Assembly (NCBI GenBank): GCA_951812625.1
Contig: CATOSP010000001.1
Span: 200,065-264,064 of the forward strand
Length of the DNA stretch: 64,000 nucleotides
From: an uncultured Dehalococcoidia bacterium
Lineage (GTDB): Bacteria; Chloroflexota; Dehalococcoidia; Lucifugimonadales; UBA3495
Reading direction: 5' to 3'
The notes beneath the pieces were generated by a model. The model saw only the letters and a list, made by a program, of their open reading frames with translations. It made no database searches and was not told the origin of the DNA. This document shows positions 55,624-64,000 of this stretch, one piece after another. The position numbers and the translations under genes were made by a program. Position 1 is the first letter of the stretch; each line of letters starts with the position of its first letter.

Positions 55624-56252
55624 AACTGCAAGACACTGATCCGGAATGGCTGGCATCAAACTTCCCGGAATTGGATTTCCAGCCGGATGGCCAGCAGATT
55701 ACCGGGGAGCTTCGCTTCTGCGCTGCCTTTGACCGGGACTCAGGCCAACTGAGGTTGGGTGACACCGACGAGCATCGGGCAATTGGCACTTTTCTGTGCG
55801 ACGCGTTCAAGGTAAGGATCGACTTGGGCCATCTGGGAGACAATGGATGGCCCAGGGTCTATGAGGTTGGCGGGCGTTGCATCGACATTGCGGAGCAAAA
55901 TCAATGCGCTATGATTGACCTGCATCTGTTTGAAGATGGAGCTTGCTGCTTAGGTCTGAATTTCGCCACCGACAGGAATCTTACCCTTCACCGGTTTGTG
56001 CTCGAGCTGGTGATTCCCTTCTTTTACCGCCTGTCTTACACCGACCGTAATGGGTTGGCTGCTGCCAAGGACGACCTGTGGGGAGAGTATTTCCACGGGG
56101 ATGCTGGTGTACGCAAATACAAAGAGGAGATTCTCCAACTGGTCGGCAACAATCCTGGTAGAAACGAATCTTGCCCTTGCGGGAGTGGGCTAAAATACAA
56201 GAGATGCCACTTGGACGAAGTAGAAGCAGTTAAACGCCGTTGGTTGCGCTAA
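55620..56252 (+). CDS. SEC-C-motif protein, possibly an E2/UBC-like CBASS accessory
   Basis: C-terminal CPCGSGLKYKRCH. F.V.IDL....GWPRVYEVGG...IDLHLFEDGACCLGL resembles the UBC layout (YP..PP.v.F...HPN...G.iCl). ATGA overlap with the CD-NTase stop. Confidence 0.45.
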   Translation: MKLQDTDPEWLASNFPELDFQPDGQQITGELRFCAAFDRDSGQLRLGDTDEHRAIGTFLCDAFKVRIDLGHLGDNGWPRVYEVGGRCIDIAEQNQCAMIDLHLFEDGACCLGLNFATDRNLTLHRFVLELVIPFFYRLSYTDRNGLAAAKDDLWGEYFHGDAGVRKYKEEILQLVGNNPGRNESCPCGSGLKYKRCHLDEVEAVKRRWLR

Positions 56253-56278
56253 TTATCGTCCGATAGAGAGGGACGACC

Positions 56279-59200
56279 GTGACAACATCCACCGTCAACC
56301 CAATACCTTTCCGCCTTGAATCCACCTTCGGAGCCGGCCGAAAATGGACTTCCCAGGCTGGCTCTATTGCTACAGCCTGGGAGTTGCCCGCCTACCATCT
56401 GCTGTGGGCCGGTGACACAACCGCCGAAGGTGAAGTCCGCAGATTGTGGGAGGCGAGAAAGGGCCGCCAAGCCTATCCTGTGGTCCTACTGTCCCCGTCG
56501 GACGATGAAACGAAAGTCAAGGTGGCCGGCCCGCAGGACGCTCGCCCGGTACGGGAATTGCCCGTCGGCCGGGTACTCGACCTGCTGGAAGACAGCCATA
56601 ACCTAGCGGCCCGCGAAGCGGCATCGTTCCTGGCGAGGGAGTTCGCCCGCCTTGAGGAGGCCGTGGTTCCCGGCCTGCGGGTCAAGGACCTGCTCACGCC
56701 TCATTTCCTACGGGAGCGGATGCGCTGGCCCGTGAACCGGGGGCGATTGTCCGGCGCTGTTGAAGGCAAGGGACGCACTGGGAGTATCGCATGGCGCTCC
56801 CTGTTTCAGGAAATGGGTTACCAAGTGGAGCAACTGCCGCAGCGCGGCTACCTGCTCCGGTACGACAACGCTCCGGTTGCCGTCGTACATCCCCACCGCG
56901 ACCCATCCCAGTTCAGCCGTCTCACAGACAACGGGGAACTGCCCGAAGGAATGGTGCTGGCTGACTGCGGGCAGTACGGAGCTCAGTGGGGCGTCCTGGC
57001 AGCATCCGGACGCTACCGGCTTTTCCAGCGGCGGCCTCCGGTCGGCCCGGCTACCGGGCAGCACTTGGAAATAGATACGGCTGAGTTGGAACGGAAAGAC
57101 CGTTTTTATCTTGGCCTTCTTGCGCCGGAATCTCTCAAGGAAGATGGCTGGCTGACCGGGTGGGTTGCGGAAGCGAAGGACTTTGGCGAAGAGTTGCGCA
57201 AGGGACTGGAAGAGCGCCTGATCAAGGACGCGCTACCCAACATCGCCCGGGGCTTGGGCGAGTATCTTGAATCGCTGGGCACCGACTTGAACGACCCTGA
57301 ACAGCTTCGGCAGATTGAAGAGGCGGCGCTGACTCTGGTGTTTCGGTTCATGTTCCTGCTTCACACCGAAGCCCGTGGCTACCTGCCCATTGGTTCGGCG
57401 GCTTACCGACCCCACAGCGCCCGTCAACTGGCCGAGGATTCCCGCCTGGCCGGGTCTTCCCTCAGCCGGAAAGCCACACAACGGTGGGACCGCTTGCGGA
57501 CTCTCGTGCGGATGATTCGAACCGGGGACCGCTCCGCTGGGGTCCCCGCGTACAACGGCAGCCTGTTTGCTGCCGACGGCTTCCCCGGCAGCGCCTTGCT
57601 GGAACGGGCCGAGATTGCCGACGTTTACCTGGCTCCCGCCCTCGTGTCCATCGCCTATGAAACCGATAAGGTCGACTCTCCGGGGTTGGACTACGCCGGC
57701 CTACAAATCGGCCACCTTGGAGCCATCTATGAAGCCTTGCTGACCTTGAGGCTGACCCGTGCACCCGAAGACCTGGCCTACGATTCTAAGCGTGACATGT
57801 TTCGACCCATTCGTTCTGGAGAGAAGCCGGAGCTCACCAAGGCCCAACTCTATTACCAATCGGAGGCGGGCGGGCGCAAGGCTCGGGGAGTTTTTTACAC
57901 CCGCCACGAGTTCGTTAGCCACCTGCTGAATCATTCTCTGTTGCCCGCCCTCGACGACCATTTGGCCGAAATCGGGGAGGTGGCTGACCGGAGTCCCATT
58001 GAAGCCGCGCAGAGGCTCTTTGATTTCTCCGTTGTGGACCCGGCGATGGGCAGCGCCCACTTCCTCACGGCGGCCTTGGATATGATGGCCGACCGTATCG
58101 AGATTTTCCTGGCCGAGGTTGGCGGCTTGCCCGGTATTGCTCAGCAACTCAGCGAGTTGAGTCAGGACAGCGGAGCAGTCTCCCAGCAGCCGGAGGACGG
58201 GGACCTGCTGCGGCGACTCGTCCTAAAACGCTGCATCTACGGCGTTGACCTTTCCCCCATGGCGGTGGAAGTCGCCAATGTCACCCTGTGGCTGGCGTCT
58301 TTCGTCCCTGGTCTGGCCCTCTCCTACCTGGGCAGCAACCTTAAATGCGGCGATGCCCTCATCGGCGTGGCCGACCCTTCCGTTGTCGGGGCCAGCGACA
58401 GCCCCATGTTCACCGGCCAGAACGTGCGTAACGCGATGGAACAAGCGGCCCGGTTGCAACGGGAGCAGGCGGCCATTCCAGACCGTACTCCCGAAGAGGT
58501 CAAACGCTCCGAGGAACTTGGCGCTCAGCGCGACGAGGCTACCGCCGGTCTGCGGTCAGCTTTCGACCTGTGGACGGCGGAACCGCTGGGACTGGACGGC
58601 GCCCGCCATACCCTGGAGACCCACGCGGACTCCATCATCGAAGCTGGCAAACAGTCGGCTGCTGAAGTTACGGATGCGATTGCGGAAGCATCGCATATCG
58701 GCAGCCAATACCGCTTTTTCCACTGGCCCCTGGAGTTACCCAACGTTTTTTACCGGGAACGTGCAGGATTCGACGTGGTTGTGGGCAATCCACCGTGGAA
58801 CGAAATAACCATCGAGGAACTGGCCTTCTACGCGCTGCGTGAGCCAGGACTGCGTGGATTGCCTAATCTAGCTGAAAGAAGAAAGCGCATAGCGCAACTC
58901 GACAAACAAAACCCTGACTGGCGAGAGGAGTTTGAGGACCAGCAGAGACAATTGAAAACAGTCCGGGGGTTCTTTTCAGAAAGCGGGGGATACCAGCTTC
59001 AAGGAGTAGGCGACAAAGATCTGTACCAACTCTTTTGCGAGCGGTACAGCCATCTCGTTAGGCAGGATGGTCGTTTAGGAGTAGTGCTACCCAGAACGGC
59101 ATTCCTTGCAGAAGGTGCCAAGGGTTTCAGGAGATGGTTGTATGAGCGGACCACGGTAACGACGGTCGACTTTCTCTTGAATGCTGGGCGCTGGGCGTTT

Positions 59201-60262
59201 GATATGGAACCTCGGTACACAGTTGCACTGTTGACTGCTCAACGCAGAACACCAAGCAAGGAAGCCACTTTCCAAATAACAGGACCTTCCGCAAACCTCA
59301 AAGAGTTCCATGATGCGTCACTCGGCCAAGGCGTAAGCGTTCCGGCGTCCTCCTTGGGAAGCGCCCGGGTAGTGCCTCTGTTGCCAAGCCAGATGCACGC
59401 CGATGTGTTAGCCAAATTACGTCGCGGCGTCCAGTTCGATTCGCTCCAAAATCCCGAAAATCAAAAAATTTCAAAAGGGCGCGCTGCTGTGTCTCATCTA
59501 GCTCCCTATACGGAATTGCATGAGACACAGCAGCGCGCCCTTTTCTCTCATTCCAGAGGTTTTCCAGTGTGGAAGGGCCGGTCCTTTGATCAGTACGAGC
59601 CTCATGGTAATGAACCTGCCGGGTACTCCAAGTGGAATGAGGTCCTTTCTTGGGCACAACAGAAGCGCAAGCGATCCCCCGTCTTCAAGCGGATGTTCTC
59701 CACCGAAGAACTTTCCGATCCTAATACCCACCCAATAAACTACTGCCGAGTCGCATTCCGGGATGTGACACGAACCACCGACTCCCGAACAGTAAGAGCC
59801 TGCTTGGTTCCACCACGGACGCCGTTAACCAACAAAGGACCGTACTTGATATTTTCTGGGTGGAGCAGTTTGGCACAGGCCAGCGTCTTGGGGACTTTGA
59901 ACAGCCTTCCGTTTGACTGGATTGCCCGGCGTTACGTTGAAACGAACATGAACTACTTTATTTTGAATATGCTCACCTTCCCACCGCCAGCTAACACTCC
60001 TTGGCAGGGCATCGGCAGATTGGCAGCACGGCTGTCCTGCGTGGACGAGCGGTTCGCTGACTTTGCGGCGGAGACCGGAGTGCAGTGCGGGCCGTTGACC
60101 GATGCCGACCGCAACGACAAGCGGGCGGAAATCGACGCACTGGTGGCTCACGCCTACGGGCTGACCGAGGACGAACTGCGGTTCATATTCACCGACTTCA
60201 CCGAGAACGCTGTTACTCCCGCCTACCGGGAGAAAGTCTTGGAATGGTTCGAGCGTTTGTAA
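56279..60262 (+). CDS. Large N6-adenine DNA methyltransferase of the Eco57I / MmeI / PglX-like (type IIG / BREX / DISARM-MI) kind
   Basis: AYNGSLF, GVFYTRHEFV, VVDPAMGSAHFL (motif I, about nt 58034), IYGVDLSPMAVEVA and FHWPLELPNVF...FDVVVGNPPW (motif IV at nt 58787-58798). About 340 aa of the N-terminus are unassigned. Confidence 0.8.
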   Translation: MTTSTVNPIPFRLESTFGAGRKWTSQAGSIATAWELPAYHLLWAGDTTAEGEVRRLWEARKGRQAYPVVLLSPSDDETKVKVAGPQDARPVRELPVGRVLDLLEDSHNLAAREAASFLAREFARLEEAVVPGLRVKDLLTPHFLRERMRWPVNRGRLSGAVEGKGRTGSIAWRSLFQEMGYQVEQLPQRGYLLRYDNAPVAVVHPHRDPSQFSRLTDNGELPEGMVLADCGQYGAQWGVLAASGRYRLFQRRPPVGPATGQHLEIDTAELERKDRFYLGLLAPESLKEDGWLTGWVAEAKDFGEELRKGLEERLIKDALPNIARGLGEYLESLGTDLNDPEQLRQIEEAALTLVFRFMFLLHTEARGYLPIGSAAYRPHSARQLAEDSRLAGSSLSRKATQRWDRLRTLVRMIRTGDRSAGVPAYNGSLFAADGFPGSALLERAEIADVYLAPALVSIAYETDKVDSPGLDYAGLQIGHLGAIYEALLTLRLTRAPEDLAYDSKRDMFRPIRSGEKPELTKAQLYYQSEAGGRKARGVFYTRHEFVSHLLNHSLLPALDDHLAEIGEVADRSPIEAAQRLFDFSVVDPAMGSAHFLTAALDMMADRIEIFLAEVGGLPGIAQQLSELSQDSGAVSQQPEDGDLLRRLVLKRCIYGVDLSPMAVEVANVTLWLASFVPGLALSYLGSNLKCGDALIGVADPSVVGASDSPMFTGQNVRNAMEQAARLQREQAAIPDRTPEEVKRSEELGAQRDEATAGLRSAFDLWTAEPLGLDGARHTLETHADSIIEAGKQSAAEVTDAIAEASHIGSQYRFFHWPLELPNVFYRERAGFDVVVGNPPWNEITIEELAFYALREPGLRGLPNLAERRKRIAQLDKQNPDWREEFEDQQRQLKTVRGFFSESGGYQLQGVGDKDLYQLFCERYSHLVRQDGRLGVVLPRTAFLAEGAKGFRRWLYERTTVTTVDFLLNAGRWAFDMEPRYTVALLTAQRRTPSKEATFQITGPSANLKEFHDASLGQGVSVPASSLGSARVVPLLPSQMHADVLAKLRRGVQFDSLQNPENQKISKGRAAVSHLAPYTELHETQQRALFSHSRGFPVWKGRSFDQYEPHGNEPAGYSKWNEVLSWAQQKRKRSPVFKRMFSTEELSDPNTHPINYCRVAFRDVTRTTDSRTVRACLVPPRTPLTNKGPYLIFSGWSSLAQASVLGTLNSLPFDWIARRYVETNMNYFILNMLTFPPPANTPWQGIGRLAARLSCVDERFADFAAETGVQCGPLTDADRNDKRAEIDALVAHAYGLTEDELRFIFTDFTENAVTPAYREKVLEWFERL

Positions 60263-60263
60263 G

Positions 60264-63200
60264 ATGACTACTCGCCAGCCCCGGTTTACCCCCCTCGGCA
60301 GTTCTTACGAACTGGTCGATAACGATGTCTTCGGCTCCCACGAACAGGCGTTGGAGTGGCTGGCGAACACCTATGTCGATCCCCTCAACGTCGCCACCGG
60401 ATACGTCAGTCTGGAAGGGCTGGACGCACTGGCGAAGATAGTGACCGGCAGGGTCGGCGGAGGCAGGCTCCTTATCGGGGCAACCCCCTTGTCCGAGAGC
60501 CTAATTGGTCCGGTAAGCGAGACCATAGCCGGGCGGCTTGAACAATCGGTGAGTTCGCTGGGGCGGCAGCGGGACTTCTCGGCCTTTCCTGCCGCCCGCC
60601 GGGCTGTCCTGGAGCGGGTGACAGGTTTCATCGAGGCCGGGAACGTTGAGGTTAAACGGTACGCCAGGGGCTTCCTGCACGGCAAGGCGTACATCTTCGG
60701 CGATTTCGAAGGCAGGACCATCGGGACCGGCGCGGCCCTGGTTTCTTCGGCCAACCTCACCTTCGGCGGCTTGGTGTCCAACCGGGAACTGGGCATGGTT
60801 CACTACCAGCCCAACGTGGTGGCGATGGCGTTGGACTGGTATCAGCGCTTGTGGGATGACGCCTTGGATTTTCGGGAAGGGTTGCTGGAACTGCTGCGAC
60901 CTCCGTTACTGGAGAGCGATCCGCAAACCGTGTTCCTGCGGGCTCTGCTGGAACTTTACCAGAGCGACTTAGATGACGCTGAAGTTGACCTTCCCGACCT
61001 CCACACGCTTACCGCTTTCCAACGGGACGGGTTGGCGCGGGCCAAACGCATTCTGGATCAGCACGGCGGCGTCCTTTACGCCGACGGCGTGGGCATGGGT
61101 AAGACCGAGATCGGCGTCCAGTTCATCCGGGAGTACATTCGGGACCGTGGGCAATACGCTCTGGTAATCTCCCCGGCACAGTTGCGGGACCACCTGTGGG
61201 ACCAGCGCCTGAGCGAAGAGAACGTCCGCACAACCGTGGTTTCCTATCAACAGTTGGCCCAAGACCGCCAACTCGTCGCTCGCGGCGGGCGACAAGTCTT
61301 ACCGGTAGATAAGGACTCATACCGGTTGGTCGTAATTGACGAGGCACACGCCTACCGCAACGTGGACAACACCTGGTACGCGGCACTGGACCGCCTCATG
61401 GGAGGTACGCCGAAGAAGCTGCTCCTTTTGACCGCCACGCCGGTCAACAACTCCCTGTGGGATCTGCACAACCTCTTCCTACTATTCGCACGCCACGACA
61501 GCGCCTTCAGTGGGGAACCACTGAGGATTTCCAGCTTGCGGAAGTTCTTTACCGACGCCGGCGCGTCCAGGACTGAAAACCTCTCTGAGGCCAAGCTGTT
61601 CCCTTTGGTCGACGCTCTGACGGTGCGGCGTGACAGGGCTTTTATCAAGGACCGCTACCGGAACGAGCGATTCATTGACGGAACGCCAGTCAAGTTCCCC
61701 GAACCGGAACTGCATGAGCGCCGTTATGACTTGGACAACGCCCATCCCGGAATCGTCCAGGCCATTTACGACGGGATAGACGGTCTGACAATGGCCCGTT
61801 ATCGCCTGTCAGCCTATAGGGTAGACAAACAGGAAGAGTCAGCGTCGGAAGAAGCGCTGGCCGGTTTGATACAGTCCCAATTGCTGAAACGCTTCGAGTC
61901 GTCCTGGTATGCGGCGCTGCAAACCGTGAACAGGATGCGAGATGGCAACGACGTGCTGCTACGTGTTATCAGAGAGCGGGGAGTTGTGCCGCCTCCGGAG
62001 GTCATCAGGGACTTGGTTGGCGATTCCAGAGAGGATGACACCTTCCTTAGCACCGACCTGATTGACGAGGCATTGGCCGACTCCGAGGGCGGGATTTCCG
62101 CTGACAAGTTCAACGACCATTTCTTGCCAGACTTGGAAAGAGACCGGGATGCCCTGGCAGCCATGTCAATACAGTTGGAGCACTTGGAGGGCAGACCCGA
62201 TCCCAAGCTGGATACCCTCACAGAGGTAATGTCCGCGACGCCCTCCCAGAAGATAGCGGTGTTCACAGCTTTCCAGGACACCGCCACCTACTTGAAGGAG
62301 CAAATCGAGAGTCAACCGGAAGTGTTAGGGCACCGTAATTGGACGGTGGTGATTGGTTCCGAGACCAGTGCCGATGCCCGTACCAGGGAGCTTGAAAGGT
62401 TCTGCCCGGAGTCGGTCACGGACGAGCCGGGCTTTGTGCCTGAAAACGGCGAAGTGGACGTAATCATCAGCACCGACATCCTCTCGGAGGGGCAGAACCT
62501 TCAGCAAGCCCAAGCTGTACTCTCTTTTGACATGCCCTGGAACCCCCAGCGCGTAGTGCAGCGCAATGGCCGCATCATCCGCCTGCGCAGCCCCCACGAC
62601 ACCGCGTACCTCTACACTCTGCTTCCCGAACAGGGGGACCTGGACCGACTGTTGAGACTGGAGGCCAAGCTCCAGGCAAAAATTATGGCAGCGAACGCGT
62701 CAGTGGGTATGGAAACTCCGGTGTTGGCCGACGTAGAAACCGAATCTCAAGTGTACGCTGATCTGAACACTTTTGTAGAACGTCTTGCCAGTGGAGACAC
62801 GACCCTGCTGGACGAGCAGGAAAGCAGCGGGGAGAGCGGTTCGGCGTTTGCGGGTGAACTATTCCGCTCCCATCTTCGCCGGGCGGCCGAGGAAGGCGAA
62901 GTGGACCGGCTCCAGAGCTTGCCCTGGGGCATCGGAGCCGCTTTCGTTCAACGACTGCCGTCACTGGCGGAGCCTGCGGTGTTCTTCGCCTGCCGCACTC
63001 GTGGCGATGAACGCTACTGGCGCATGGTGTCCCAATCAGGAGAAATCCTGCACCGGGATGACTTACCGATGCTCCGCTTGATAGACCCCCAGCAACAACC
63101 TGGCATTCCTGTCCCCGATGGTCTCGACCTGGAGCATCTGTTTACGGTTGCTGCCGACGACATCTGCGCCGAGCATAACGCGCTGCTCGACCCTGAAACG

Positions 63201-63521
63201 CGGTTCGCTTCCCTTCCGGCCAGCCAGCGTTGGGCGCTGGACGTATTACGTTCACCGGACGCTCCATCCGGCGATGAGTACGACGAGGGAGACCAAGCCC
63301 TTTCGGTAGGCCGGAACAACCTAGTCAGGCGTCAGTTATCCGAACTGCGGCGGGAGTACGAAGGTGGCGGCATGAGCGTGACTGACTGTGCTCGTCGGAT
63401 CACAGAAGTAGTCGCACAGTTCGGACTGCGCGTGGTGGGACTTCCCCAAGCTCCCGAACCTATAACTGAGGACGACCTTGGAGTCGTCTGCTACCAGGTG
63501 GTGGTGCCGTCGAGAATGTAG
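60264..63521 (+). CDS. PLD-nuclease / SNF2-family helicase fusion
   Basis: LHGKAYIF...SSANLT is a single HKD motif (about nt 60678-60761). SNF2 motifs are DGVGMGKT, VIDEAHAYRN, LLLTATPVNNSLWDL, SEGQNLQ and QRNGRIIR. The start lies 1 nt after the MTase stop. Confidence 0.8.
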   Translation: MTTRQPRFTPLGSSYELVDNDVFGSHEQALEWLANTYVDPLNVATGYVSLEGLDALAKIVTGRVGGGRLLIGATPLSESLIGPVSETIAGRLEQSVSSLGRQRDFSAFPAARRAVLERVTGFIEAGNVEVKRYARGFLHGKAYIFGDFEGRTIGTGAALVSSANLTFGGLVSNRELGMVHYQPNVVAMALDWYQRLWDDALDFREGLLELLRPPLLESDPQTVFLRALLELYQSDLDDAEVDLPDLHTLTAFQRDGLARAKRILDQHGGVLYADGVGMGKTEIGVQFIREYIRDRGQYALVISPAQLRDHLWDQRLSEENVRTTVVSYQQLAQDRQLVARGGRQVLPVDKDSYRLVVIDEAHAYRNVDNTWYAALDRLMGGTPKKLLLLTATPVNNSLWDLHNLFLLFARHDSAFSGEPLRISSLRKFFTDAGASRTENLSEAKLFPLVDALTVRRDRAFIKDRYRNERFIDGTPVKFPEPELHERRYDLDNAHPGIVQAIYDGIDGLTMARYRLSAYRVDKQEESASEEALAGLIQSQLLKRFESSWYAALQTVNRMRDGNDVLLRVIRERGVVPPPEVIRDLVGDSREDDTFLSTDLIDEALADSEGGISADKFNDHFLPDLERDRDALAAMSIQLEHLEGRPDPKLDTLTEVMSATPSQKIAVFTAFQDTATYLKEQIESQPEVLGHRNWTVVIGSETSADARTRELERFCPESVTDEPGFVPENGEVDVIISTDILSEGQNLQQAQAVLSFDMPWNPQRVVQRNGRIIRLRSPHDTAYLYTLLPEQGDLDRLLRLEAKLQAKIMAANASVGMETPVLADVETESQVYADLNTFVERLASGDTTLLDEQESSGESGSAFAGELFRSHLRRAAEEGEVDRLQSLPWGIGAAFVQRLPSLAEPAVFFACRTRGDERYWRMVSQSGEILHRDDLPMLRLIDPQQQPGIPVPDGLDLEHLFTVAADDICAEHNALLDPETRFASLPASQRWALDVLRSPDAPSGDEYDEGDQALSVGRNNLVRRQLSELRREYEGGGMSVTDCARRITEVVAQFGLRVVGLPQAPEPITEDDLGVVCYQVVVPSRM

Positions 63522-63743
63522 GATGTTAGAACGGGACCGTGAGACGAGCAAATTGAGTAGACACGATTGAGCGGTAGAAAGCCCAGGGCCGAGCGACGAC
63601 GAGAAGCTCGCCAGGCACGAAAGGCAAGACCACCTCGTAGGTCCGAGGAGCTTCTGTATCCCTTGGACAATCTGAGCACGACCACCGCAGATTCGGCGAG
63701 TTGGTTGGCTGAGCGGGAAAGGCGCGGGGCGACAAGGGTCGAG

Positions 63744-64000
63744 ATGGATGCAATGTTTGACGATGCAGTCGTCGTTTTCCCAGCTTCGACCAGCAGACCC
63801 ATCGCTGAGCCATGCGTCGAGATGTACGAGTTCATCTCAGCCGCGTCACGATCCGCAGCCGCCGGGGTCGAAGTTCTCGACCGCCTAAACACTGAGGACG
63901 ATCCGCACCTTGTCGCCGCCCTAAAGAGATACATTGAGGACACAGGACAAGCACTGAAGGAAGTAGACAACCGGCTCAAGAAGCTGCATTCTGGGCTGAA
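63744..64000 (+). CDS. 5' part of a further ORF running off the window (function unknown)
   Basis: MDAMFDDAVVVFPAS...LKRYIEDTGQALKEVDNRLKKLHSGL has natural composition. The frame is open from 63561, and a TTG at 63567 is possible. The competing minus ORF 63491..63979 is Ser/Arg-rich. Confidence 0.4.
   Translation, partial: MDAMFDDAVVVFPASTSRPIAEPCVEMYEFISAASRSAAAGVEVLDRLNTEDDPHLVAALKRYIEDTGQALKEVDNRLKKLHSGL

Noticed and set aside
63491-63979. 162-aa minus-strand ORF at the right edge.
   Set aside because: It is Ser/Arg/Ala-rich and low-complexity. The overlapping plus-strand frame has natural composition and continues the co-directional operon.
1-64000. A scan for tRNA, rRNA, tmRNA and CRISPR arrays.
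   Set aside because: By eye I found no T-loop (GGTTCGAATCC-like) signatures, rRNA conserved blocks or regularly spaced direct repeats. tRNAscan, Infernal or minCED should confirm this.

Overview
High-GC bacterial chromosomal segment. The gene content suggests a Terrabacteria/Chloroflexota-like organism: an rplI-dnaB-DnaD-like-DnaC/DnaI-like operon, several LLM flavin oxidoreductases, and Gfo/Idh/MocA and hotdog paralogs. This placement is inference only. Positions 1 to about 44.7 kb are mostly housekeeping and metabolism: two desulforedoxin-like mini-genes plus amt, dnaE, a PfkB kinase, an HpcH aldolase, lepB, dcd, htrA, a replication operon, tenA, dodecin, an SSS transporter and an FMN hydroxy-acid oxidase. 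This stretch is interrupted by visibly A/T-richer one- or two-gene islets: brnTA, a TumE-like pair, a truncated antitoxin/PIN pair, two HEPN genes (one frameshifted), a NucS-like nuclease and a DUF4365 two-gene module. Positions 44.7-64 kb form an accessory island. It holds IS630 and ISAs1 transposase remnants, a PD-(D/E)xK-like ORF and a 4.7-kb minus-strand cluster of nine unrecognisable ORFs, six of them small membrane proteins. Next come about 860 bp of hairpin-rich non-coding DNA and an XRE/ImmA (CapH/CapP-like) pair. That pair is divergent from a patatin / SMODS CD-NTase / SEC-C (possibly E2-like) CBASS-like operon. The CBASS-like operon runs without a visible terminator into a 1327-aa N6-adenine methyltransferase, a 1085-aa PLD-SNF2 helicase and a further ORF cut by the window edge. 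A repeat family with a triple 10-bp iteron-like core occurs three times. I saw no rRNA, tRNA or CRISPR array. All family names come from reading motifs by eye; no searches were run.
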